Source: Planctomycetota bacterium
GTDB taxonomy: Bacteria; Planctomycetota; Phycisphaerae; WQYP01
Direction of reading: 5' to 3'
NCBI GenBank assembly: GCA_021851715.1
Contig: JAJZCR010000005.1
Coordinates: 2,329 to 66,328, forward strand
Length of the DNA stretch: 64,000 bases
The notes below the pieces were generated by a model. The model saw nothing but the letters and a program-made list of their open reading frames with translations. It did not search any database and was not told the origin of the DNA. The position numbers were made by a program, and so were the translations under genes. Position 1 is the stretch's first letter; the number at the start of each line of letters is the position of its first letter. Below, piece after piece: positions 27,101 through 34,953 of the stretch.

Positions 27101-28749
27101 GCGGTGTTGGCGGGGGTTAAAAACACGGCCAAATCAGACACGCGATTCAAAACCGCCAGGGCCTGGGCTTTGATGGCAATGGCCACCGCATTGGTGGAAT
27201 CCTTGGATAAAATACGATTGGCAATATGCAAAGCATCGTGGGGATGCACGGGAGCTTCCAGCGCAGCCTTGTTCAGCAAAATCGCAACTGCACCCGGGGC
27301 CCTTGCGAGAATGGCATTGAATTCCGCCAGGGCCGAGCCGGACTGCCCAATCATTTCATACGCCTGGGACATGAGTTCTTTGTCCATCACCCACAACCGC
27401 ACTTCCTGCGGATTACTCGGCGAAAGCAAAGTACCGGCCTGCGCCAAAGTGGCCAGAGCCTTGGTCACTTGGCCGCTTTCAAGCTGCAATTGCCCCGTGG
27501 ACAAAATAACCCACGGAGTTTTCGGTGCCAGCAGGCGAATACGTGCGATGTTCTGTTGGGCCTTTTGGAGGGCCAGCGTTCGGGCGGCAGAATCGGGAAC
27601 CGCTTTTTGGCCAATGGCTAAATACGCCTCCGCCAGCCATTGATAAGACTGAAACTTCATTTCGCGGTTCAACATCGGCTTAAACCCGCCGCCCGGCGTT
27701 GGATGCGCTAAACCCAATTCCAGATAATGCACGGCTGAGGCAAACTGATTGTGCTGTAAATACAGGTGCCCCAATTGAAAATAACCCGCCATTTGTCCAG
27801 GCTCAAGGGCAATGACCTTTTTAAGAGCGGCCACCTGCAACGCCAGCGGTTTCTTTTCCGCCAGCAGCAGCAACGCCCTGGCCTGGTACACCTTCGGATT
27901 CCCGGGGGCGAGTTTCACCGCCTGGGCCATCGCGGCATCCGCCTGTTGGTGCCACGCCGGGTTGCCCCGGCACAGTGCCACCAGATATAGCCAGCCCAGC
28001 AGGTTCTTGGGATTTTTCTTTACAAACGACTTCATCACTTGCAGCCCCTTGGCTTGCAAAGCCTTGGCTGCCGCCTTGCTGATAGTCTGCTGGCTTAATT
28101 CTGTCGCCGCCTGCATAAGATACGTCCCGGCCATGTTGGCAAAAGGCCGCGGATCGGCCGGCATAAGCTGGCAGGCCTTGGCAAAATCCGCCATAGAAGC
28201 CTTATATCTGGCGTCCGTTAAGGCCAGCACATCTTTGACCGCGTTCAGCCGCGACTCGCCCCGCAGCCGGTACGCTTCGGCATTTTTGGGGTCCATCTTC
28301 AAAACTGCTTCAGCCGTCTGTCGCACTTGGCCCCACGCACCGGTGGTTGGCATCAATTCTGCTAATTTCGCTGATTTATGCAGTAATCGGCGCTGCGCCG
28401 GCATGTACCCGGCATCGGTGCGAACGGCTGCATTCCACGACTGAAAAGCCTGGCTGATCCAGTGGTGATGTTTGTTCGAATGGGCATAAAACAGATTGCC
28501 CACTTTGTACAGCAGCGGCGCTGCCCCCGGTAGATGCTGGCGTTCGGTGGCGATAATAGCCCGTTGATAGGCCTGAATCGCCAGCGTCACGTGGCCGGCC
28601 TTCAGATAAGCCCGGGCCTCCTTTTCCAGCCGTGTAGGATTATTCTCAAGCTTATTTTTTATCCAGAATAGACCTGCCCCCAGGCCAATGATAACCACCA
28701 GCACCGTCAGCAATATCACCAGGAATCTTGTATTTACTTTTCTAGCCAT
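24106..28749 (-). CDS. Giant TPR-repeat protein (PrsT-like exosortase-locus TPR protein), N-terminally membrane anchored
   Basis: 1547 aa. N-terminal TM 'FLVILLTVLVVIIGLGAGLFWI', followed by dozens of A/L/Y-rich 34-aa TPR-like repeats. Its position is adjacent to EpsI and the exosortase. Confidence 0.8.
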   Translation of the reverse strand: MARKVNTRFLVILLTVLVVIIGLGAGLFWIKNKLENNPTRLEKEARAYLKAGHVTLAIQAYQRAIIATERQHLPGAAPLLYKVGNLFYAHSNKHHHWISQAFQSWNAAVRTDAGYMPAQRRLLHKSAKLAELMPTTGAWGQVRQTAEAVLKMDPKNAEAYRLRGESRLNAVKDVLALTDARYKASMADFAKACQLMPADPRPFANMAGTYLMQAATELSQQTISKAAAKALQAKGLQVMKSFVKKNPKNLLGWLYLVALCRGNPAWHQQADAAMAQAVKLAPGNPKVYQARALLLLAEKKPLALQVAALKKVIALEPGQMAGYFQLGHLYLQHNQFASAVHYLELGLAHPTPGGGFKPMLNREMKFQSYQWLAEAYLAIGQKAVPDSAARTLALQKAQQNIARIRLLAPKTPWVILSTGQLQLESGQVTKALATLAQAGTLLSPSNPQEVRLWVMDKELMSQAYEMIGQSGSALAEFNAILARAPGAVAILLNKAALEAPVHPHDALHIANRILSKDSTNAVAIAIKAQALAVLNRVSDLAVFLTPANTAGNLSLSVLRARVALRQGDYLRAWHIVKPWVKKSPGDSRVVIIAYVALMKLHRVSAVKALVAAAVKAVPNNLQFLLLNSALRAGKSPVVKLRSVDSDLASISLPGESAVAAQLAAIKTLPDALQRNLMLATFYLQQNKVKHAGVAVAAAAAISPHDTAVVEREFELAMLQKDYKKASDVAGLAGSLNLDGVKGALYRGRLEMGEGDVASAVQTLKAALALNPQSAVVRTYYGAALLKSGNIEAGIAALKLALHQKPDDMAALKPLVQYYMSQQTPDSVARASRLIDQGLVYNTLDTQLRQWRRDLQDLYGSVGPAIRRRLAVYKSDPGDLHNIQRLAFLYGRAKRYSAGIAMLKAAYAQHQKNLVLATGLAQLYELDKKPAAAESIFSHLAESPDAKTAYLGRLMMGDFYRTRGDYAQAAQMYTSAARKQPAGIYRVQTQMAAMLNALGHYKQALKYLTSLYKAKPLSRPVLLEYIQTLIRAGHVKHGLSLLQSKILVKNPHDEAGLTLEALGYLMEKKLDLAEKAVDRALAANPGDIQALYNQAVLLSMMPQGDLAQAISDLQVVIAKAPGDMAARVNLAKLLERTKHYAQAVHEYQSIVKLDPHDNQVRMDYATLLFALSHMYMATPSTDQSTLAGTLRTIDPVSLLSRLVDDSIRAFPSSFNWQLMRADLALMRGDRATAVAVATAAYKKAGQSLQTTPAYLTLLMQAKAYQRAEKVATVAIALDPNNPGLYTVRGMALGAMHQVPKASADFSHALELSIKSPEALLAVSDKYKAVAGISAVEQSLKNLLASHKNDPGLMLSLSQAQLAVGNHAGALHEAQQVLGTNPVGFVQITALRIAAVAAYGAQDYRTAAMYYKQVLKLDPTDANTLNNLAYVLAVHLNQALEAMPLIERANAIAAAAENRVSYAVDPNILDTLGWVRFLNGDTTGAYKALTRAVKHGHLATAYYHLANVLVKENNIAGAKKYLQDAIKYAQQQHQSGLKRAQALLSKLDG

Positions 28750-28843
28750 CGATATCCTCTTTGATAGTTTTTCGGAAGTCCAGATTCACCGCATTGATGA
28801 TGTTCCCGGTCAGCCGGTACCCGATTTCAGATCGCCGGGCCAC

Positions 28844-29671
28844 TTACGAAGGCGGCACCTTTTTAGTCTCCGCAGTTACACCCTGGGTTGAGGGTGCGTT
28901 GAGTTTTTTCCAGTTCGGTAAAATTCGCTCAATGGACGGCAGCGCCGCGCGGATAAACGCGCTAATGGTTTTTCGGGCCTCGGCCCGGGTGGAAGGCCCC
29001 AGCACATCCACCTCAATTTTACAATCGTAGCCGTATTTGCTCCTGGCATGCCAAAACATGGCACTTACCTGCTGGGTGTTGGGCGCATATTTGCCATCCA
29101 CCTGGAATGTGTAGGCGGTATTAATGTACTCTCCACCGGAATGATGGCTATACATCAGCGGCATGCCGCTGCCGGCACCGTTGGGTTTGGCAAACGCCAA
29201 AAACCGCATCGGCAGATCCGTTACCCTGCCATCCGCGTGCGGAACATTTTTAACGGCAATCAGGTTGTCCTTCACGCGCTGCAAACCTGCCCCCACCCAG
29301 CAGACATTGGGTACGTGGGGTGTGGCAAAGTCCGTCGGATAGAAGTTTAAATTGATCTGCACCAGCGAAGCCGGACTGTCCGGCGGCATTGCCGTATCTT
29401 CATACTTGCGGATCAGGTAATCGTGCGTGCCCAATACCGCCAGCGTCTCCGTGGACAAACGTTCATCCGCTGAACCAGGCGGAACCTTAAACACACCCAG
29501 TGTGCGCGGCAAACTGGGCAACGGAGCCTGCAGCGGCGTGGGTATTTTTTGCAGCACCATTCCCATTTGGGCCTGGGCCCATTCCAGCGACAGCAGTCCT
29601 GCTCCCAGAATCGCCACGGCGGTGATGCCCGCCAAAATCAGATGTTTATTGGTACGCGACAAGGAAGTCAT
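28844..29671 (-). CDS. EpsI-family exosortase-associated protein
   Basis: 275 aa with a single N-terminal TM. It overlaps the exosortase gene by 4 nt, which suggests translational coupling. Size and position fit the EpsI family; the sequence-level call is from context. Confidence 0.6.
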   Translation of the reverse strand: MTSLSRTNKHLILAGITAVAILGAGLLSLEWAQAQMGMVLQKIPTPLQAPLPSLPRTLGVFKVPPGSADERLSTETLAVLGTHDYLIRKYEDTAMPPDSPASLVQINLNFYPTDFATPHVPNVCWVGAGLQRVKDNLIAVKNVPHADGRVTDLPMRFLAFAKPNGAGSGMPLMYSHHSGGEYINTAYTFQVDGKYAPNTQQVSAMFWHARSKYGYDCKIEVDVLGPSTRAEARKTISAFIRAALPSIERILPNWKKLNAPSTQGVTAETKKVPPS

Positions 29672-30675
29672 GTGCCGCCTCCTGCCGTTGAAACTACATT
29701 CGGCTCCTCAATAAAAATGTGATCCAAGGCCCATGCCGCCCCCAATTGTAAAAACATCGCCGGGATCAGCATTAACATCCCTAAACTCGCATGGGTGCTG
29801 CCCCTGGCCCACTCCTGCCCCGCAGACACAAATAACACCCCGGTGAGCGCTACCCGCAGGGCATTACACAAAATCGCAATTGGCAAAGCGCACAAGGCCA
29901 GGAACAACTTCTGCCACACCGGCCGGGGCACACTGTACGCCAGCACAATCGCCAACGCGAAAAATGCCGTCAAACTCCTGATCCCGCTGCACGCCTGGGC
30001 CACATCCAGGGAATCCCAGTGCGCCCGAACCTGCACGTGAATCTGCGTAGCCGTTACTATCGACGGTATCCCGAACATGGTAAGCAAATGTCCCCCCAGC
30101 GAGGCCGCCAGGAATTGCAGTGGCGTTGTAAGCTTGACATACAACGCCTGCGGAGGAGGAATCATGAACAATAAATAGCATATCGGCAGCCACAGCAGCC
30201 TCATGTAATCCCAGCCCAACATCCACAGGAACATGCCAAAGAGCACCACCAACATGCTTAACTCGGAAAACTGAATTTGCCCCGTGACTAAAAACAGCAC
30301 CTGCGTCGCCGTTCCGAAAATCAGCAACGCCAGCCCCACAGCGCTGCGATGTGGCTCCAGCGACCTCAACACCGGCCACTGCTGATAAACAAAAAACGCG
30401 CTGATAAATGGTATGGCAAAACCCTGGCTGAAATTCGGATTCGAATACCATACCGAAACCAACTGCAAAAAATTGATCCGGTAAAGCACCAGGAACTCTA
30501 GAACCATCAACGCTATAATCAGCCATGCCACCGGACTTACACTTCCGCCACCGGGCGCTGGATCGTTCATTTTTATCGATGTGGAATAGTCAAACCGCCG
30601 CACCGGCGCAGCACCGCCGGCATTCATCGCTGATATGCCCGACGATTGATCCGAACGTGTGGCTGGGCTACTCAT
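29668..30675 (-). CDS. Exosortase (XrtA/EpsH-like transpeptidase)
   Basis: Polytopic membrane protein with the catalytic Cys motif 'QACSGIRSL', a conserved Arg in 'CNALRVALTG' and a His in 'RGSTHASLGML'. Confidence 0.85.
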   Translation of the reverse strand: MSSPATRSDQSSGISAMNAGGAAPVRRFDYSTSIKMNDPAPGGGSVSPVAWLIIALMVLEFLVLYRINFLQLVSVWYSNPNFSQGFAIPFISAFFVYQQWPVLRSLEPHRSAVGLALLIFGTATQVLFLVTGQIQFSELSMLVVLFGMFLWMLGWDYMRLLWLPICYLLFMIPPPQALYVKLTTPLQFLAASLGGHLLTMFGIPSIVTATQIHVQVRAHWDSLDVAQACSGIRSLTAFFALAIVLAYSVPRPVWQKLFLALCALPIAILCNALRVALTGVLFVSAGQEWARGSTHASLGMLMLIPAMFLQLGAAWALDHIFIEEPNVVSTAGGGT

Positions 30676-30927
30676 CTATTCAAAAACTCCAGTGTTATTG
30701 TTCCACGGGTTGCGACACCGACCAACAACTTCGCACCGCCAGCTACGAAACAACCGCGTTTCCTGCCCCACCTGCCGACGTGGATATGACCACCATCGTC
30801 ATGAATCCGCACCGACGGCTTCCAACGCCGCCTATTATTATCGGTTCCAACCGTGCTTATGCTGCAAGCACTTTTGCTCCATTTTCTGTTCCCCATTCCT
30901 TCCATGGCATTGCAGCACAAACTTAAA

Positions 30928-30956
30928 ATTATACCAGGTTGACCGTCAATTTTCGA
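30928..30956 (-). promoter_or_regulatory. Promoter candidate for the exosortase operon (TCGAAA-N17-TGG-TATAAT, extended -10)
   Basis: The minus strand has TCGAAA (30956-30951), a 17-nt spacer ending in TGG, then a perfect TATAAT (30933-30928). This gives a leader of about 245 nt to the ATG at 30675. Confidence 0.35.
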
Positions 30957-31209
30957 GCCAGAATTACGAGGCAATTTTCCCGGCCACAACCCCAAGGACG
31001 TTTCATCACCCCCCCCCTTGATGTTACGACCCGCAAGCCCTTTGGTTCAGGTGCTGGCAGGGCCTCTGTTGCCCCACCGGCCTGCCGCATTTGTAATCAT
31101 GATATTACAGGACATATGCCGCCCAAACCTGTCGCTGGTCGCGGCCCGGCTGGTGCGGGGCCACGTTCGCCCAGGGTAATCTCGTCCACGGCGGCAGACC
31201 ACTGCCCTA

Positions 31210-32820
31210 TTATCCGCCTTGCGTAATAATCGGCTGGATGTAAAAGTTCCGGTCGTACGTAAATCCGAATCCGTAGGCCGCCTGGAACCCATTGCGGAAT
31301 ATCGCCAAAAATGGCGCGATCATATCGGTGCCCACATTGAGCACATCATTGGGTTTCAGGAAAATGTCCGGTTCTTCGCCGTCAAAAATTGCCTGCAAAT
31401 TGACCTGAATAATGGTTTCTTGACTCTTGCCGATCCGGCGAATCAGTTCGCACCGCCGCGGTATGGCCAATGCGCCCAAATTGCCCGCTGCCGCCACCGC
31501 CATCTTCAGCGTAATGCGTTGTCCCGTAAGCGTATAGACGCCCGGCCGATTCACATTGCCCATCACATAATAATACTGCGGCTTGGCGGACGGAATGCGG
31601 ATGATATCGCCGGGCCGGATGATGATGTTCTCGCGTGGATTACCTTCCAGCAGCTTGCGTACCCGGATTCTGATCACCATATCCTTATACGGCAGATTTT
31701 TCTTCTGCCGCGTCATGTTTGAAAAGTGATACTTCGCCGTATGAACCGGCTTTACCGGCGCTGGCATCGTGGTGGTGCCCGGCGCTTTCTTCGATGGCAA
31801 CGGCACCCAGTGATGGTTCACATACACGAAATGCCGGTGTGGCGCGTTGCCTGAGGACTCCAGCGTCTTGGTCAGCAAGTCCTGTTCCTTCTTGAGCAAC
31901 TTCGTGGAGTTCTTGCCATGAGTCTCTGACGATTCAATCTCGTGCTGCAACGCCTCAAGTTCCTGGGCCGTGCTGGCGGTGCCACCCGTGGAACTGTTTG
32001 TACTCGGAGCTTGTGACGCCACATGCGTATGTTCCGCCTTGACCTTGTTTTCCGGGGAACGGATCACATAAATCCAGCGCACACCCTGGTCCGGCGTGGG
32101 GTTGCCCGCCAGTGCCAATGCATCAAGCAGCCGAAAACTCGGCGAGGTGATGTTGTACGTTCCAGCGCGCGCGCCACCAATAATCGAAAACACCCGGCGC
32201 TTCGCCTGGGTTAAATCCACATTGACCTGCGGACCGGACTGATGCGGTCCCGGCGGAGACATCTCCCCGCTTTGAATCAAAATTCGCACAATGCGCCGCC
32301 GCAACTGCCGCGTCGTCAAGCCCTTCGCCTTGATGGTACCGATAAAATCCAGTGTGATATCGCCCTGCGTATTGATCTGCCGGGTCTGCACCGATTCCTG
32401 ATCCGGCACCACCAACTGAAACACGGAAACCGTTACCACATCGCCCGCTCCAAGCACGTAGGGACGGGTGGACGGAACAAGATCCGCCACCGTTGGACGC
32501 CAAGAATCCGACCATGGTCCAGGCGGCGGATCATTCACCGCCAATGAATTCAAAATCGGCCACGTGACAGGTTCCACATCGCCCCACGGATTGGCTTTAT
32601 CAAACCGCCCCACCTCCGCCGGATTCATAAACGAATTGCGAAGGTTCAAATAGTTGCTTAAATCGCTGCCGGCATTGGAACAGCCCACCAGCGAGCCAAC
32701 GGCGCTTGCCAGCACGCACAGCCCCAGCACACGCCCCAGCCGCCCACCCCTCGCCATTGGAGCCGGACCAGCGCCAACAGGGTTCAACTGATTTTTCTTT
32801 TGTGCCACGCGATCAGCCAT
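31210..32820 (-). CDS. Outer-membrane polysaccharide export lipoprotein (Wza / Poly_export + SLBB family)
   Basis: Lipobox 'GSLVGCS', plus 'GAGDVVTVSVF', 'IRPGDIIRIPS' and 'LKPNDVLNVG'. The track start at 32826 is TTG and the first ATG is at 32820. An alternative ATG at 32757 gives a canonical lipoprotein signal peptide. Confidence 0.8.
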   Translation of the reverse strand: MADRVAQKKNQLNPVGAGPAPMARGGRLGRVLGLCVLASAVGSLVGCSNAGSDLSNYLNLRNSFMNPAEVGRFDKANPWGDVEPVTWPILNSLAVNDPPPGPWSDSWRPTVADLVPSTRPYVLGAGDVVTVSVFQLVVPDQESVQTRQINTQGDITLDFIGTIKAKGLTTRQLRRRIVRILIQSGEMSPPGPHQSGPQVNVDLTQAKRRVFSIIGGARAGTYNITSPSFRLLDALALAGNPTPDQGVRWIYVIRSPENKVKAEHTHVASQAPSTNSSTGGTASTAQELEALQHEIESSETHGKNSTKLLKKEQDLLTKTLESSGNAPHRHFVYVNHHWVPLPSKKAPGTTTMPAPVKPVHTAKYHFSNMTRQKKNLPYKDMVIRIRVRKLLEGNPRENIIIRPGDIIRIPSAKPQYYYVMGNVNRPGVYTLTGQRITLKMAVAAAGNLGALAIPRRCELIRRIGKSQETIIQVNLQAIFDGEEPDIFLKPNDVLNVGTDMIAPFLAIFRNGFQAAYGFGFTYDRNFYIQPIITQGG

Positions 32821-32908
32821 GCGCAACCTTTCATCACATGTTACTTATGCCCGCGACTGATAAACTAACCGCCGCGACTTTGAATCACATCCCGACTTCT
32901 CTTAATAG

Positions 32909-32937
32909 AAAATGGCTTGGCCATTGCCAACCATTTT
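32909..32937 (-). terminator. A-tract/T-tract flanked hairpin (bidirectional intrinsic-terminator-like) about 90 nt upstream of the export gene
   Basis: The plus strand reads AAAATGG-c-TTGGC-catt-GCCAA-CCATTTT. That is 12 bp with one bulge and a 4-nt loop, and the U-tract forms part of the 3' arm on either strand. Confidence 0.35.
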
Positions 32938-33498
32938 AACCAATCTTCCGCCGCTTGTCAGCCCACCTTTCCTGCTTACCTGCGGCTAAACGCCAAGTTC
33001 GCCAGTCCCCGATTCACGCCCTCTTTAGCGGCCTCTGCAATGCCAATGCGGCCCAAGCCATCGGCCATGTTGATTTATCCTGCCGCAACTGTCAAGCCCA
33101 AACCGGGCACTCAAGGCTGCGGTACCCCGGATTTATCCGGTTATCGTGGAATTATCGGCCATCCGACCCAAATTTCTGTCCTATACTTGTCCAAAACGCC
33201 TCCATCCAACGCATTTTGTCCGATACAGACACCCACTGCGGTACAACGCCAATGGTCTGTGGGTATACCCTGTAAACCAGCCAGACCGTTTATAGGGGCG
33301 ATCTTTTGGGGGGAAGCAAAGCCCGTCGGCGTGGACCCCGACCCCGTAAACGAACACGACCATCTTGGAAATCTTGCCCCAGGACACAACACAGCGACCC
33401 ATTGTTCCCGACTGCCGGGACCAAAATCTCGGCAATCCGGCTCATCACCGCAGCACGCGGATCGCCGTAACTGCGCTCCGAGAATATTTTCCTTAGAA

Positions 33499-34314
33499 TC
33501 AGCGGCTATGACTGGCATAGCGCTGGATAAATGCTTCGTAGTCAGCCGGCGTATCGATACCATGCGGAGCAAAAGGCACATCATGAACCAGAACTGTGGC
33601 TCCCATGAATAATGCCCGCAATTGTTCGAGTTTCTCATATTCTTCCAACATGCAGGGTGGATGGGCTGCCAACCGCAAGAGAAAGTCCCGACGGTAAGCG
33701 TACACGCCCAGATGCTGACGATAGATCAAGGGCTGGCCACCTGCCGTTGAGATCCCGCCATCGGTGCGGCGATAGGGAATAGTGCTGCGGGAAAAGTACA
33801 AGGCCCGCCCCGCCGCATCCACCACCACCTTGACAACGTTAGGATTGGCGATGGCGGCAGGCTCGGTAATGCGGACGGCTGCGGTAACCATTTCCCGCGA
33901 TGCTGCGGATACCGCTCCTTTTTCGGGTACCGCAGAAGCGGCGATCAGCCGCGCCAGATCATCAATGGTCTCCGGCGGAATTTCCGGTTCATCCCCCTGC
34001 ACGTTCAAAAAGTATTGGTAATGGGCAAATTCCGGCCGCTGGGCAACTTCGGCAACACGATCGGTGCCGCTGCAATGGGTGGCGGCTGTCAGGACCGCTG
34101 TAGCTCCAAAACCTTCCACGGCGCTCGCAATGCGCTGGTCATCCGTGGCCACAATCACCTCCTGCACGTGGCGCGCCTGGCGAACCTGATCCACCACATG
34201 CTGGATCAGAAACTTGCCGGTGGCCCTGAGCAGCGGTTTGCCCGGGTAACGCAAGGATCCAAAACGGGCGGGAATCACGGCAAGAACAGACATGGCAGGC
34301 TCCTGATAACCCAT
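33499..34314 (-). CDS. kdsB: 3-deoxy-manno-octulosonate cytidylyltransferase (CMP-Kdo synthetase)
   Basis: Motifs 'VLAVIPARFGSLRYPGKPLL', 'VIVATDD' and 'NVQGDEP'. The start may be the second ATG at 34293. Confidence 0.85.
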   Translation of the reverse strand: MGYQEPAMSVLAVIPARFGSLRYPGKPLLRATGKFLIQHVVDQVRQARHVQEVIVATDDQRIASAVEGFGATAVLTAATHCSGTDRVAEVAQRPEFAHYQYFLNVQGDEPEIPPETIDDLARLIAASAVPEKGAVSAASREMVTAAVRITEPAAIANPNVVKVVVDAAGRALYFSRSTIPYRRTDGGISTAGGQPLIYRQHLGVYAYRRDFLLRLAAHPPCMLEEYEKLEQLRALFMGATVLVHDVPFAPHGIDTPADYEAFIQRYASHSR

Positions 34315-34329
34315 GACGATGGGAAAGTT

Positions 34330-34857
34330 TCATGGCGCGTCGGGTGGCGGCACCGACGGGGGAACAATTTCGGCGTGGGCTTTAAACAACTGCCGGAAGG
34401 CTTCTTCCACCGCTTGGGGAATAACGCGCACCTGGCCCACGACGGTCATGAAATTGATATCGCCGCTCCAGCGGGGCACGACATGAATATGGACGTGTCC
34501 AACCACGCCGGCCCCTGCGCAGCGGCCGATGTTAATGCCGATGTTAAATCCCTGTGGATTCATCGCGATCTGAAGAATTTTCTGGGCGTGGGCGGTCAGT
34601 TCCATCACAGCGGTGCGTTCCGCCACGGAAAGCTCCGTTAAATCCGGCACATGGCGGTATGGAGCGATGAGCAAATGGCCGTTGACATAAGGGTAGCGAT
34701 TCATCAACAACATGCAGTCCGGAGTGCGGGCCACCACCAGGTTGCGCTGATCCAGTTGCGGAGCAAGGGCCAGGTCGCACAGAAAACAATTTTTGCCATC
34801 ACCGGAAACACTGCGGATGTAGTCCAGTCGCCACGGTGCCCAGAGAATATCAGCCAT
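34330..34857 (-). CDS. HIT-family nucleotide hydrolase/transferase
   Basis: Histidine triad 'GHVHIHVVPRW' and an N-terminal 'CFLC' zinc-like motif. Confidence 0.85.
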   Translation of the reverse strand: MADILWAPWRLDYIRSVSGDGKNCFLCDLALAPQLDQRNLVVARTPDCMLLMNRYPYVNGHLLIAPYRHVPDLTELSVAERTAVMELTAHAQKILQIAMNPQGFNIGINIGRCAGAGVVGHVHIHVVPRWSGDINFMTVVGQVRVIPQAVEEAFRQLFKAHAEIVPPSVPPPDAP

Positions 34858-34953
34858 AAATTCACCACACGCGTTTATTTTGCCGGTGGTATGCTAGAAT
34901 AACCGGCCTGCGGGGTCAAGAAAATGACTGAACTGAAAGGATCAGGTGTATAA

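Noticed and set aside
32913-32927. The plus-strand sequence TGGCTT-GGCCA-TTGC matches the sigma-54 -24/-12 spacing (TGGCAC-N5-TTGC).
   Set aside because: It is simply the two arms of the terminator-like hairpin at 32909-32937. It points away from both neighbouring genes, with no plus-strand gene downstream. It is most likely coincidental.
32917-33612. A 231-aa plus-strand ORF, and the minus-strand ORFs at 33141-33638 and 33181-33435, in the kdsB to export-gene spacer.
   Set aside because: Their composition is implausible (Pro/Ser/Arg/Cys-rich), one overlaps the kdsB 3' end, and there are no start signals. I treat the region as non-coding.
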